DNA of 64,000 nucleotides from Orbicella franksi (Eukaryota): NCBI GenBank assembly GCA_964199315.1, contig OZ116712.1, positions 3,534,001 to 3,598,000 of the forward strand, read 5' to 3'. Shown piece by piece: positions 1 to 13,269 of this stretch (position 1 is its first letter; each line of letters starts with the position of its first letter). The notes under the pieces were generated by a model. It saw only the letters and a program-made list of their open reading frames with translations, ran no database searches and was not told where the DNA came from. The position numbers and the translations under genes were made by a program.

Positions 1-874
1 TTTTAATCGCATCCCCATCTCACTGAATACTAATAAAATCAAGTAAAATTAAGCACTGGTTTTGGTTTCTTTCAGTTTTCGCCATGTCAAGGTATACTAG
101 ACGATTCTTGTTTTCGTGGAAGCGTAATTCATTTGGTGTGCACAAAGAATTTGCTAACGTGTTAGCGTTTTCGTTTTTTTTGTTGACTCTATTTATTGTT
201 TTTTTGGCGCGAAATTTCAGCGTTTATTTATTATTTCATATGTGAAATTATCAAATTGCCATGGCAACGCTTGGCGAGAAATGCATCGATGCAATAAACA
301 AGTCCAAAACTCAGGATTGTAAACCTAATTTGTTATCTATGATATTAAAAGGTGATCAATTGGTATACTCGTGAAATTAAGAAATAATTTTTTGTCAAAT
401 AAAGAATTTTGACAAAACGCGCATGAAATTATTTTCTACTTTCACTCGTCAACGTCTGATTACTCATACATACATTTAGTTGAGAGCAAACAAGTTAACG
501 TAAAAAACGAAAAGGACGGTGAATGGTGTTTTCTTATGTGATCTTACACTTGTTCTTATTTAAGTGGAGTAAAAAAATTCAATTATTTGCATTTTAGAGA
601 TCTGTAGGAAATGGAATTTGCTAATTTTGTCATAAAATGGGTAAGAATCACATTTTAAAGAAAACGCGAATTATCACCGTTTGAGAGATCAACTTGGAAT
701 TTCTTCTAATATTGTCGAGACATGATTAAGCATACAGGTAACAGGAACTAAGCATTTCGATCGATATGGAGACAAATTCTCAGAATTAAGAACTGAATTT
801 GCACCCAGATGTTGGCAACAATAAACTGTCAAAAGGGAGTGAGCAAGGGAAACCGTAGCTAAAAAAAGTTATAA

Positions 875-1260
875 CTATCGACGAATGTCTCCGGGAGGGG
901 TTGTTACTTCTTGTATTTCTTGTGGTTGTGGGGTGTTTGGAAAAGGGGGAGGGGTGCTAGTGTTGCGCCGTTTTCTAACCCCATACCCTATTTCATACTG
1001 AATGAATGGGAAACGATAGTTTAATTTAGATTCTTCACTGTTCTTTGGAAGTGGTACCATGACGCCTCACGTCAGTCCAAGTAAAGGAGCTATGTCACAT
1101 ATGGAGTTTTTTGAAAAAATGCAGTCTGCTTTGCTTTTCCTAGGTTCGTTGTTCATCCTGGACTTATCCTTTTAATCCAACTCGTTGATGCTTTTTATCC
1201 TCCTCCTCCCCCTCATCATCATCATTATCATTTGTAAATAGATCTTGATAGACTGGCCTG
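875..1260 (-). pseudogene. Possible decayed exon of a secreted acidic precursor-like gene
   Basis: Minus strand gives an acidic stretch (PVYQDLFTNDNDDDEGEEEDK). After a frame change and a TAA it reads MNNEPRKSKADCIFSKNSICDIAPLLGLT*GV, running in frame into the 61-aa ORF (..FPFIQYEIGYGVRKRRNTSTPPP..). Composition resembles neighbouring genes, but stops and a frameshift are needed. Confidence 0.25.
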
Positions 1261-2274
1261 CCCAGACTAGAACTAGCTATCCGCCCGCCATTCGAACTCT
1301 AAATTGAACGAAAATAGAGATTGCTGTAGTTGTTGTTGCCGTGGTCGTCGTCGTCGTCGTCGTTGTCATCAACTGAGTGGAAAATAAGGCTGCATTTTCT
1401 GCCTTTAGAGGTTTCTTTCGATTTGAAAGCAATTTTACACTTCAAAATGAAAATAAATAAAAGGAATTATGAAAACGCTGCATAACTCCTTCAACGTATA
1501 AATATAGTGGACAGTTGCGAGAACACAGGAAAAAATTAACTCTAAGAATGATGTTTTACTGCTCAGCTCTAAAATTGAACTTTTTCACAGATGTTTCTAA
1601 ATTGGAAATGAGTTGGGGATAAGTGCCAAGTAAGCTCCCGGGTAAGCCGAAATGAACGCAACGTTACGCTCAGGGTCGTAGCTAGTAACTAGCAAGCCGT
1701 GGAACTTACCTCAATCATTTTTTTCGTTTTCGGAGTTTTTTCTTCCGAAGGAGGAAAGTAAAATACTGCTACCACATGAATAAAAAACAAGAAAGTATCA
1801 TTGCCTCAGACATGATTTTTTTGTGGCTTCGGCCCTGACGTTTCACTAAAAACTAGTTTGAAAACGCAAGCAACAATGACAGTTGGTTACGACTTGCATT
1901 TTTTTTTTCATTTTCCTTCCAAAGATAAGTTGAACGCATGGATGTACTGATTTAAATGTTTACAGTTACTGTAACATCAAAAAGTCTTGGTATTAAATTG
2001 ACTGCTTTATGGTACATGCTCCTTTAAATATATGTGGTGTAAAACCTCAATGTTCAAGTTAGCCTATATCTCATAGTCTAATGGTTCTAAAAAGGATACT
2101 CTTGGGCTATTCCTGTGCTATAATCTTCTTTCGATCACTCTTAAACACCGCGATTTCGTAAATTTGGCATGATTTGTACATACTGATTATGAAAAATGAT
2201 GAGGTCTTTAAACTTTTAGTCAAAAAAGTTATGTATATCGATACTATACTTATATTTCATAGCATCAAACGTCT

Positions 2275-4679
2275 TCATGTTTGTATCCTTCTCTTAGGAT
2301 CAAGCAGGGAAATCTTTGTATTCCTTTTATTTGCGTCATTTAAGATGTTTTTTGTAGGTCTTCTGATTCTACTTTTGGTATCGTACACGTGAAACTGTTT
2401 TGGCGCTAGAATATCAATAATCTTTAGATGCTTCGCGTCCTTAGTATGAGAAAGTCTTACACGCACTGGACCTTTCGATTTGATCATCTTTCCTTTGCCT
2501 TGTACGATTTGTCCATTTATGATCTTGCTTCGCAGTTGTGAGGAGTCCTCCAATGGTTTGCCATTCAACCTAATAAGAACGTTACGGAGTCCAAAGCGAA
2601 ATCTGTGAGATTTCCCTGGAATGATATCTTTCGATGCGATAGGTGGTGAAAAGTTTGGTTCCATTGCTGCCTTATTTTCATAAAACTGGGCCTCTGCAGT
2701 GCTCATCTGGGAGATTTTAAAGTCTGAATGAGGATTGTCTGGAGGAGGTTTTGGCTCATTTTGAGGTTTCGGTAAAATATGTTCTTTGAGGGCCGACGAA
2801 GGCGACATCAGCTGATACCTTGAAAACGTTTGGGCGTTCAACTGAGTTGGGATCATCGTGTTCACAGGCGAGAAGAATTTAGGAATTTGAACGGGATGGG
2901 GCATAAAACGGGCCATGGCTTGAGGACTGAACTGTTGCCAGTTTCTTTGTGGAGTAGAACGTCCTTGTTGTGGCTCCATTTCTTGGTCATCCCTATCATC
3001 CTCGTCTTGACTGGTGACTTGGTCATCCTCTGCTCCTGGTCCGTGTGTCCCATATGCCCTACCCGTGGCATCTTCAGTAGATTCATCTTCTGGTTCCTCT
3101 GTATCCTCACCCTCTTCGTCTGAAGGCCCCTCTTCCTCTCTAGAATATGGCTGCTCTGGCTGCTCTAGCTGCTCTTGCTGTTCCGGCTGATCATCTGATG
3201 TTTGGTCCTCCCGTGCCCTGTCGTCGTCATTTTCTTCTGCTCGTGAATCGTCATCTCTGTCGTAGTATCTGCTACTTTGATGCCTAACTTCATCATCATC
3301 ATCGTCCTCATTTCTATCGTCCTTAGGCCTTTCGTCGTCTTGTCTATCTGTGTCACGATCCAAGACCTCACTACGCACCCGCCCGTCCTCGTCTACCCAC
3401 CTGCTTGCTGGACGGATCTCTTGCTGGCTTTCCGAACTAAGCAATTCGGGTGTCATCTGCATTTCATTGGGAATGACAGGTTGCTGAATCTGTGTTAGCT
3501 GTGGCATGGGAACTTGAGGAATTTGCATCTGTGGCTGAGACTGTAGCTGGTACAACGACCGTACATCGGGTTGTTGGTTGTTAAAGAAAATCTGGCCGTC
3601 CGACTGTGAAGCCATCATGTAAGACGGGTTGATAGATTGTGTCGGAATCTGAGGAACCTGAAGTGCAGACTGTAGTAATAGTCCACTGCGAAAGATACTA
3701 GAGGGTTGTGGTGAGGTATATTCGAGAGGTGCTGCTCCGAACTGAGGAGGGGAAGCCGGAAAAGCACTCTGAGCGGTCATGGGAACAATCTGTGGATTGG
3801 AACCTGCGTTGCCATCGTACAATGGAAGTAGAAGCGTATTGGGTCGATCACCATACGATATCGATTTGGGACTAACTGGTTGAAAACGTTGCACCAGCTC
3901 TTCCGGTTGCGTTAATTGGGAAGGTCTAGAAAAGAAGAGAGGATCACGCCTTCTAAAATTCGGGAATATTTCTTCTCTAGTCTGAGCATCATTTCTGGAC
4001 AGAGGCGCCATTAAATCCCCTTGTGAGAGAGATACGACGTTTGGTGGAATATAATCGTTTTGATAAAATGTATGATGTGATCGATATCTGTGCGATTTAT
4101 ACCTATGAGGCCTTGAAGAGGGCGATCCGATTGAGCCGTACAGTCTCAAGTCTTTTTCTCGCAAACTGTTTTCACTATTATCTTCATCATCATCAAATGA
4201 GACAATGTGCAGTCCTGCTCTGCGATGTCCCTTGAAGTCATTTGAATGTTTATCGCTAGCATGGGCTTTGACAAGTGGATGTCCTACTTTTACCATTTGG
4301 TCCCCCTCATTTTCTTCCTCATTTGCCAAGCCATCATCAGAAAGAACCTCATAAGCATCACTCTTTTTCACATTTTCTTGGATTTCAGGTGGTCCATTTT
4401 CTTTCTTAACAGATTGCTCCTTTAGTGCAGGTTCGGGATACGCGGACGAATCTTCGTAATGGCCAGCCTTAGGGATTCCTTTGAAAACATTTCCTTCTGC
4501 AGACAAACTTTTTCCATGTTTCTCTATGTTTGACATGGTCTCTCCTTCCCTGTTTCTCTTATGTGTTAAGTCATCTCGAAGGAATATTATTTCCTGCCTT
4601 TTGCGGGATTTACTGTTTGTGATGTTAGAGCCATGGGATATTCCAACTTCACCAACTGCTACTTTTGATAGCGTGGTTG
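2275..4679 (-). CDS. Gene A: large terminal exon (~800 aa) of a probably secreted low-complexity protein (Pro/Gln-rich, Asp/Glu-rich, basic C-terminus)
   Basis: The 753-aa ORF stays open upstream of its ATG to a phase-1 acceptor (ttttag|CA ACC ACG at 4680/4679). It has a D/E/R/Q-rich block, a P/Q block and a K/R-rich tail. The upstream signal-peptide exon was not found; secretion is inferred from genes B and C. Confidence 0.75.
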
Positions 4680-4956
4680 CTAAAATTTACAAAAAAGATG
4701 TTGTAAGCGAAATGTAACAAAAGTGCAATAAAGCAAACGAATGTGCAATGTCAAGAAATGGCAACATAACAGTCATAAAAAAATTCTTAATGCAATCTCA
4801 AGGTTTTAACCTTGCGTGGTTGCTAAAATTTACAAAAAAGATGTTGTAAGCGAAATGTAACAAAAGTGCAATAAAGCAAACGAATGTGCAATGTCAAGAA
4901 ATGGCAACATAACAGTCATAAAAAAATTCTTAATGCAATCTCAAGGTTTTAACCTT
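4671..4956. repeat. Tandem duplication, 2 x 143 bp, spanning the gene A splice acceptor
   Basis: 4671-4813 and 4814-4956 appear identical (gcgtggttgctaaaatttac...aggttttaacctt). Confidence 0.95.
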
Positions 4957-6468
4957 TTTGATCAATGTTGAAGTCGTTCTTAGCTGTTGCACACTTGAAA
5001 TAATTGTCACCTGAGGGGAATACAATTTACCACCATGGAGCTACTTCATTATAGAAAAGTAATATGGCCCTGGTTACACTTTTTTAAAAATAAAATTTAC
5101 GATTAATACTTTCTTTTAAGACATGGTTAAAGGCCGATAACCAGCGTCTGGAGAAAGAACCAAAACTTCGCTCGTTCCGCCCACTTCATAGCATTGTTTG
5201 TATAAAGTGCATAGAGTTATGGAACAAATAGTGTTAATTGACTTCAACATCATGACTGTACTTTAACCCAGAGAAGTAAACATAGAAAATTGTGCCGTTT
5301 TAGTTATTCTGTAGTAGAAGGGAATTTATGGTATTAGGAAATGCGACATAAGACAGTGACCACAACAACATGCGTCGACGTCAGCCATCTTTAACAAAGG
5401 CAGCGATGCGTATGTAACTGTTGAGGTTGGCCTGATTTCGCTATTCGCTTTATCGACCTGATCGATGCGCGAAGATACGTTTTGAGGCTAACAGAAACCT
5501 CTGCTTCTAAAAGAATTTTGTCGTGACAATTTATTTAAGTACATTCGCGAACAAACACAAACAACTCTTAAATAATCTGCCGTTAAGATATCGTCCAAGA
5601 TTCAGATCACAAACCTGTTAACACTGCTTGTAGAACAAACAATATGGAAGTCCATTTGGCTTTCGACACCATAACGACTCATTCAGTCCGTTCAATAATT
5701 TTTCACATTTCGAGAATTACGTTTTTTCGACAAAAGAATCCATGTTTTGAGAAGAAAGGATCAAACAATAAATCGAATGATGTAATAACAGAATTGGTCA
5801 CGTGACTAAGTTCCCTGGAAAATGAACGTGAAAGGGGAAAAGATAATTAATTGGAACCCCGGTCTATACCGGGTCGTTATGGGACTATTAATTGACTTAG
5901 ATTTCATAAATTTACACAGTGGCAAAACTGTCATTAAGTTTACTTAAATCCGTAAATAAATCTAATTTCCTCCTGATGATCTCCAGCCAAGTTGACTTCT
6001 GTATACGAAGAACTTATTTCACTAATTGCACTAGATATTAGTAAATATTATTAGTAAACAAATATCTCCTCTGATCAGATTGGTGAAAACTAGAGGAAAC
6101 AGTAATCTTTGCCAGGGGAGTCAAAAGGCGAAACAAACCACCTGCTTTATTCGTCGGACCGTTCTAAACTTACAATTCGTAATCTACTGTAAAATGGTCA
6201 CTTTTCCACTTTTTGACTTTAATGTCTGACCTTTCTACTTTACAGATATAAAAACAGCATGAAAAGAATATAATATCAAGATCAAAGTCCCAACAAATTC
6301 TCTTTAACCACAACAAACTTGTTCAGACAAAACAAGGAAGATGATTTGACGTCAGAAAGTGTGAAATATTAATCGGTCGTGAATTCGATGTTCTCGACAC
6401 CCGTAGAAAACACCGGCTGGTTTAAGTTTATAAATGCAGCCTTATGTTGGACGTATTTTTCTTGTAAA

Positions 6469-8907
6469 ATGCATTACCTGCTATTAGTTTTACATCTGCA
6501 GTGGTTAACATTTCCCATCTATTCGCACAGACATGGTAAGTCGAATCAAAATGCCTCATTTTTATTAGAGCTTTTCGTTAACTAGCATTTAACCGTGACA
6601 ACGCATCTACCATCATTTTCTTCCTTTACTGCTTTATTAACATAAAACCACGTAAGCTTCATTTCAAATCATTCAAATGATCTAGGTTTGTCAAATGCAG
6701 TTTAGCCAAGGTATGATTTTGATCCTCCTTTTCATATAAAAAAAAACTGTCACATTTCTTAAAATGGGGCTACCCCTTTTAATGAATTGAGACAGGCAGG
6801 TTCATTTAAAGCGCGTCGTGTTACGCACACCAGTTTAAAATAGGTTGAAGTTTACCAGCAAATGCTAATTGAAATAGGTAAATCTCTATAATTGCAATTG
6901 CTGTATGAAATTTGAACTCAAGAGAAACGTAAAACTTAATCCGTGTATTAGCGAATTAGGAAGTAATTCCGTTAAGTGGGCGTGCATGTAAATGGGAGGC
7001 GGATGGGCTAATGGTTGACATGCCAGGCTTGAAATTTGGTCTGTCTACTGAACTACTTCCACCTGTCTCTTGCCACCCATGCTGGATTGCCAGTGGGTAT
7101 TTTCTCGGAAAATCCTAGAATACAAGTAACTGTGTCTGTCTCAGTTCCATTTCTAAGAAATGTCTGAGCCAGTATTTACCACAGCCATGTTGCTAGGAAA
7201 CGCGATGTTTCTAGTTTTGATTATCACTAACAAACTGAAATTCTTCTGTTTTCTGGTAAATTGTTTCTTCAGTTTTGTTGCTCTTGTTGCCATGTTTAAT
7301 TCGCAGTTGATTCGTTATGAATGCAAAGAAACGCTATGATTTACGTATGATAATTTCTTACTTGTGATGACGAATGTTTATTTTGTGATTTGTGTCTAAC
7401 TGTGTACTGGTGACACTTACACGTCCCAGGTAGCACCAGAAGTACACAGCACAGTTTGCCAAAGAGAGTGAATGTCGCAAAAAAGGAGGAACTACTTGGT
7501 GAGGATACAAACAGAATCGATGAGGCGGAGTACAAGCTACAAAGTATGGTCAGCCCAGAGACGCATGAAGCCAACAGGTTCTTCAACACGCCTCCTTCAA
7601 AGGAAATAGGCAGCCTTCGAGTGGATACCATGTCACCTGCTCAGGTGTCGTTCATTCAAAGTAGTACTCAATGGCACAAGTACTACAAACCATCGTCGCC
7701 GACACCTTACTCATCCAACATCTACCCTGAAGATCCTGTTTTATTCCCAGGTTTCAAGCCTTTCAGAGAGAGCCAAAGCAGCCAAAGCAGCCAAAGCAGC
7801 CAAAGCAGTCAAAGTGCAGGATACACCGGGGGAATCGAAGGTTTAGGTAATGAAGGTGCGCCAAGGCCGCAGCACCGCCCGAGCGACGATTGGAACGCGA
7901 ACTCATACGGCCAATATGGAGACACAGGAGAAGGAGATCAGCCGCAGAAAGATTATGAAAATAGCCCATTTACTGATAAGAGTTGGTGGAATTCCAAATC
8001 TGAAGGAAAGACACCTTCTGGTTATGAGAGTTATGATGGGAAAACTCTCGCTGTACCTGAGCCAAAAAATGACCAAGAATTAACAAACCAAGATGAGATG
8101 TCTGGTCCATTAAGTCACGCTGCCAGTAGATCTCATGAAGTGTTTGGAGGAGGTGGATTGGGAAATATCCGACCACATTCAAGGTTGCTAGGGGACGAGA
8201 AATTAAGTCTCTTTAACAAATTGAACGGTTTGAAGGACAACGGTGTTATTCCCCAGGAGGAGGAAGACAAAGTTTTCTTTAATGGCGGGGATCAGAAGCT
8301 CCTTGCACAGAGCGGCGTTGCAAGTCCACCCTTGGATCCAATCCCGGGACCATCACGTGGCCTTGGTACAGCCCTAGCCGAGGAATTGCTACAGAAAAAT
8401 AGAGGGAAATTCAGAGACGAAGGAGAATCGACTAATATTATCCAAGGAATACGTGAAGCGGCGTCGGTGTTAAGGTCAGATGCAGATGAATTTGATGAGT
8501 CACAATTCCTTTCAAAGCCGCCTTTAGATGAAAAGGGCGTCCAGAGAACAACAATGTACCGCAACAGTGACTTTGACAGCGATCGAGGACACGTGGTTTT
8601 GATCAGGAGCCATCAGGTAAGGGAGAATACTGCGAAAAAGCCTGTTACGAAGCACGCGGCAACATTCAAGAATGTGGGAAAGCAAAGAGACCTGGCTGGC
8701 AAACGAAACAATGGGGGAAGCAACAAGAAGCATATTCTTGGTCACCGATTCGGCCAGCGATTGAGTTATTCTGGGACGAACTTGAAAGCCAGCAAGAAAT
8801 CAATTGAATCATTTCACAAAAGACTCTGTAAGCGATGCACTTCTCCCTCGCCGTTCAAAAAGTTCACCTTTAAAAGAAAGATCCATCGACCACATAAAGA
8901 TCGATAA
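6469..8907 (+). CDS. Gene B: two-exon secreted low-complexity protein (~514 aa); exons 6469-6535 and 7430-8907
   Basis: Exon 1 encodes MHYLLLVLHLQWLTFPIYSHRH-G, a signal-peptide-like sequence ending at a G|GTAAGT phase-1 donor. Acceptor cccag|GT AGC at 7429/7430 is in frame with the 483-aa ORF. It has an (SQS)n repeat, an acidic middle and a basic C-terminus. Confidence 0.8.
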
Positions 8908-9485
8908 AATCGAAGTGACTTGACATAATTGTTCGCTTTTCATTAATTGTCTGGTACCACCCCATCAACGGGTCATGAAGTACCGGATGGAAAACGTTGA
9001 ATCAAAATGTACCGTTCCGTACGGCTTTTTTCCATTATTACGGAGAGTATGGTGCACGGAAACATTGGCACTAAATTGAGTACAGATAGTGAGTTGTGAA
9101 ATTCATAATTTAATCGCGCGGTTCTTAGTTGTCATTCAGCTTTAAGTTTGCGTGCGTTGATTGCAAGAATATATTGTGGCACCAAATGTTATCGGTTGAA
9201 ATGCGCCGTTGAACAAGCCTAAGTGTACAAAAGTTCATATTTTCTAGTCTCTTTCGATCGTTTTCCACTGTAGGGGTATCTAAATTAGAAATTAGCAAAT
9301 TTTATAAGTTTAAATACTCTGTAGTAGAGACAAAACATTGTGATCCCCAATAAAAGTTATAAAAATAATATTAAAATTATTACTGAGCCTAGGGAACCAC
9401 TCAAGCGTGACACAGGTGGATAACAGGTAAAATAACTAAACTCACTATTGAGGAATATTGATAACCGAAGACCTGGCAATGAAGA

Positions 9486-10825
9486 ATGGCAAGGTTTGTT
9501 CTTTTGGCAGTCCTGTCGTTGTTATACGTTCCGTGTTGTCGTCCAGGTAAGTTTTCTCTACTTTAGCATCTGACTACGGAAGAGAAGAAGCCTTGTTATG
9601 TCAGCCGACCTTAAAACTATACTTTAGTGATCGGATGGAAAATGGCCGACGGATCAAAACTTGACCCTTTTCTGGTTGAAGGAGTGGACGACGATGTTAG
9701 CAAGATGTAAGATCTTACAAGCTTGAAAATACCAAAAAATTATATTGTTTTGAAAAACGTAACAAAATGGAGTTCAAGTGGTGTGAGAAATTGTCACAGT
9801 TTGATAGCAACACCCTCAATGTTAAAACAACGAGTTTAGCTAACGTATTCGTGACAGTTTTACAACATCAGAAGGATATCAATTTGTCAAGGAATGAACC
9901 TCGTGATTGACCCTTCTGCCCTGCATATCACTGGCACTCTTTGCTTAACCAACCAGCTGCAGGATAGGGTAACTAAGACTTTAAGTGCAGTATGTAGCAA
10001 GGTGGTACTGATAAGTTGATTTGGACGGTAGTTAAGCGTCTTAATTCAACCGAGGATCACCAAGACAACTGTTAACAGTGACTCATTTGTGTTAATTAAC
10101 AATTGCAATTCGATTTTAGGCGTTAGATTTGTTTTGGTACTTACAAGGAGTACTTGTGTTGCTTCCCACTGTTGCGATCGGTGATATACAATTTTAAGTT
10201 TTTTTTTGTAATCCGATCTAATTTCCTTTAAATTTTCCTTTCTGAATTTTCGATGGCTTCTGTCCACTTTCATCAGAGTTGCAATCTATCTAGATGTTTG
10301 TTTTCGGTAATTTTGATCCAAACGTATCTGTATCTTTGGTTATTTGTTTAATGCACAGTATAAGAGAATTATATATACTCAGGGCTCTTTGCCTTTGTTG
10401 TCCAGAGTCTAAGAGTTATTTCGACTGAAAAGGTTGCAACATCGGCGTAATCAATGTGTCTTTTCACAGTTAATTCACGTCCAGTCCCATACCAACTCGA
10501 AATGGGCGATCCTTTCTATGTTCCCGTGCCAGAAGTACTTCCGGGTGGGCGTGGCGTCAATTATTTGTCACATCAAACCGAGGTTCTTGGTGACGAAATG
10601 AGTTCCAGGATAACCGAAAAAGGCCAGGAAGTGTCAAACTTAGGGGACGAAATACAACGCTACACTGATGATCAAAGCCAACAAATCGAAGACATTGGAC
10701 GGGAGGTAGACGCAGATGAGACGATACCATTCCCTGCAAGTCAGGTAGAAGAGGATTTCCCGGATGAAGAACAGGACAAGGAAGATGGCAATGGCTACAA
10801 TTTCTGGCCCTCAGAAGAAAGATAA
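9486..10825 (+). CDS. Gene C: two-exon small secreted acidic protein (~138 aa); exons 9486-9546 and 10470-10825
   Basis: Exon 1 encodes MARFVLLAVLSLLYVPCCRP with a G|GTAAGT phase-1 donor. Acceptor ttttcacag|TT AAT is in frame with the 123-aa ORF. The signal peptide plausibly ends at VNS-RP. The body is D/E-rich, and AATAAA lies at ~10864. Confidence 0.85.
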
Positions 10826-12558
10826 AGACCTGAATTTCTGTTGGTGCTGCCCGTACGTGACAAAATAAAGTAACAGGATCGTGCTTCGTGTTTAGCCAGA
10901 ATCAACTTCGACCTTAGCTCGATCATTCCTCAACTTGCAAAATTTTTAAAAAAAGCTTGAAGTTTTGTCTGAAAACAAAACTACCACGCATAAAATTAAC
11001 TAATTACTTTTGATAGCGCTCGGATTAATTTTCTGTGAAAACTTTTCTCTATTCTTCTCTTATTTAGTAGGTGTTGCAAAAGAAGACGCTTCACGATATC
11101 CTATCCAAAAAGAATTGTCTGTACAGATTTAACATAGATTCAAGTCCATTCCTACTAGTATAAGTTTTTTGTACCAATATGGCGGAAATAATATGCGTTT
11201 TGGTGTTTTATGGCAGAATCATGTTAGTCTGATCTCATTGTTCTGCCGGATTTTCTGTGTAAAGAGCCTTGTGGTGTTGAAGAGCGAGATAACTGGTTGG
11301 CATCGTAGCCACCATTGCGCACGTTGTGCGGACCTGTGTATGACGTAACGTGTTTGCTTCACCTGTCATGAAGCATGTGCGTTGTCTTTGATTTGCGATC
11401 CGCCATGTTGTTGTTTTTGAAGAACATAGGACATTTGTACTTGGAACGAAACAGTCGGTAAGGGTTGCATTCGTTTAATTTCGCTCCTTTGGTTCCCGTA
11501 CTTAGTTAGTTCCTTTTTGATGTCTGTAGAAAACCTGGACTAGATGAACCTAAATCGCTAAAATTGGGCTGATCGAAATGCTTCTCGCAGTACTTTAGCT
11601 CGTGGATGTTTGGATTTGCAAGTGGATTTATTAAAGTTAAACTAAAGGTTCTGAGTTTTCGACGTTTGTTTACATGCAACATAATACGTAGCACCTGGGC
11701 TTCGTAACAGGCATGTATGTTATCATTTTTGTAGTAGGAAACATTGCTTTAATGACGAACAAATGTAAGGTAACGACGTTTGAAAGAACTGGTCTAACAC
11801 CACCATTTCATGTACATGTAATGTGTGATTCCAATAATTTTATAATGAAAATGGAACAATACGTTCTGTGTCGTATTGCGTCAGTAAAAAAAGGATTATT
11901 GCTCTGTTATGCAAAACAGGTAAAAGTACAATCTTAAGACTTTTGAGGCAGAATCTACGGTGTTCCGCCAATAAAGACTGAAACAATTTGCGAGTACCTA
12001 GCAAAATTTACAGCATTGCCTAATGGGAATCCGCAACGTCAGCTTAACAAGATATGAAGGGAAGGGGGGGGGGGGGGGGGAGAATACGATATGAAATGAG
12101 TTCTTAATGGTCTGTACTTTAAACTTGCATTGTTGAAGAACATTGCAACAGAATTGTTTTGAATATTGCCTAAATTGAAAACGTGTCTCAAAAAACTATA
12201 CTTCAGAGTAACCCGGGGTTCGAAACTTCTCGCGCAACCAAGTCAGTTGAGAAAACGTCCCTTATTTTTTCTTTCAGAATTTAGAATGGAATTACTCGCT
12301 ACATACATGCATGGTTGTGAGTTTTAAGCATTTGGTGACGTTATTTATATATAGAGTAGGTTGACCATGGAAAATTGCTACGCTAATTGTTGGAAATTAG
12401 CAACCCGCACAAACAAAGTCTGAAACACAGAGCCAGACCATTTCATTTGTATTTTTTTCTTTATAACCATTCCGCAAATATTTTTGTCATTTGCCTTCCA
12501 ATATTGTTCCAATAAAAAGGCTTTAACATGTTACGAGACTTGTTTTAAAGGAGGAAAT

Positions 12559-12838
12559 TAGGGCCTCGTTTTCACTACGACATAAGCACAAGCATAAGCG
12601 TAACGGTCTACGCAACACAATTAGAATAAATAGTTAAATGGGTATTTAATTTTCGGTTCCATACCTCCTCGATAGAGTGAAACAAGATGGCGGACTTATG
12701 CTTACAACAGCGCGTTCTCACTTGACATAAACATAAGCATAGGTACAAGCTGGTGCTTATACTTGTGTTGTGGGCATCCACACTACCGTTTAATTTATGC
12801 TTGTGCTTGTGCTTATGTTGCAGTGAAAACCTGGCTTA
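12559..12838. mobile_element. MITE (~280 bp) with imperfect TIRs
   Basis: Left end gttttcactacgacataagcacaagca matches the reverse complement of the right end tgcttgtgcttatgttgcagtgaaaac. TTA occurs at both flanks. Confidence 0.75.
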
Positions 12839-13149
12839 ACATGACGCATGCTCGTCTTCAGAGTTTAGATCCCGGAGTGAAATTTACGTAAACAACTTAT
12901 CACCTTGTGTTAACACCAAGGTCACCTGTGAACTAAGATTCTTGTTTTTGCAAATTATTATTCTAAAGTGTTGTGGGAAATCATACATACATTTACATAC
13001 ATACATACATTTTATTTGTTATGAAATCAGCTACCAATTTTATATAATCTATTCAGCGCTTGCCAAACTATAAAAGCTTAACACGTCATGAATTCTAGAG
13101 TTTTCACCGATGCTATTTACGTGCACCGCTAATGCTGTTGATTGCCAAA

Positions 13150-13269
13150 ATGAAAGCCATCCCTTTTATAGTTTACTTGTTCGTTATTTGTTACTTAAAA
13201 ACTATATGTTGCGAAATGATAAAAACAACCGCTGACCTTGGGTTGATGTTAGACCAAATGAACAGCTAA
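13150..13269 (+). CDS. Candidate signal-peptide exon, possibly the first coding exon of gene D
   Basis: aaaATG AAA GCC.. encodes MKAIPFIVYLFVICYLKTICCE, which is signal-peptide-like. The frame stops at 13267-13269. A phase-1 donor (CCTG|GTGAAA, ~13326) is reachable only with a 1-nt frameshift near 13240. Confidence 0.35.
   Translation: MKAIPFIVYLFVICYLKTICCEMIKTTADLGLMLDQMNS

Noticed and set aside
1067-1069. In-frame TGA read as selenocysteine
   Set aside because: No SECIS was seen, and a nearby TAA and frameshift indicate decay.
6168-6310. Candidate signal-peptide exon for gene A (VGTLILILYSFHAVFISVK)
   Set aside because: No in-frame ATG, and stop codons precede the phase-1 donors.
7771-7815. 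9-bp repeat array as a CRISPR-like array
   Set aside because: It is a coding (SQS)n repeat without spacers; no CRISPR or cas features occur in the window.
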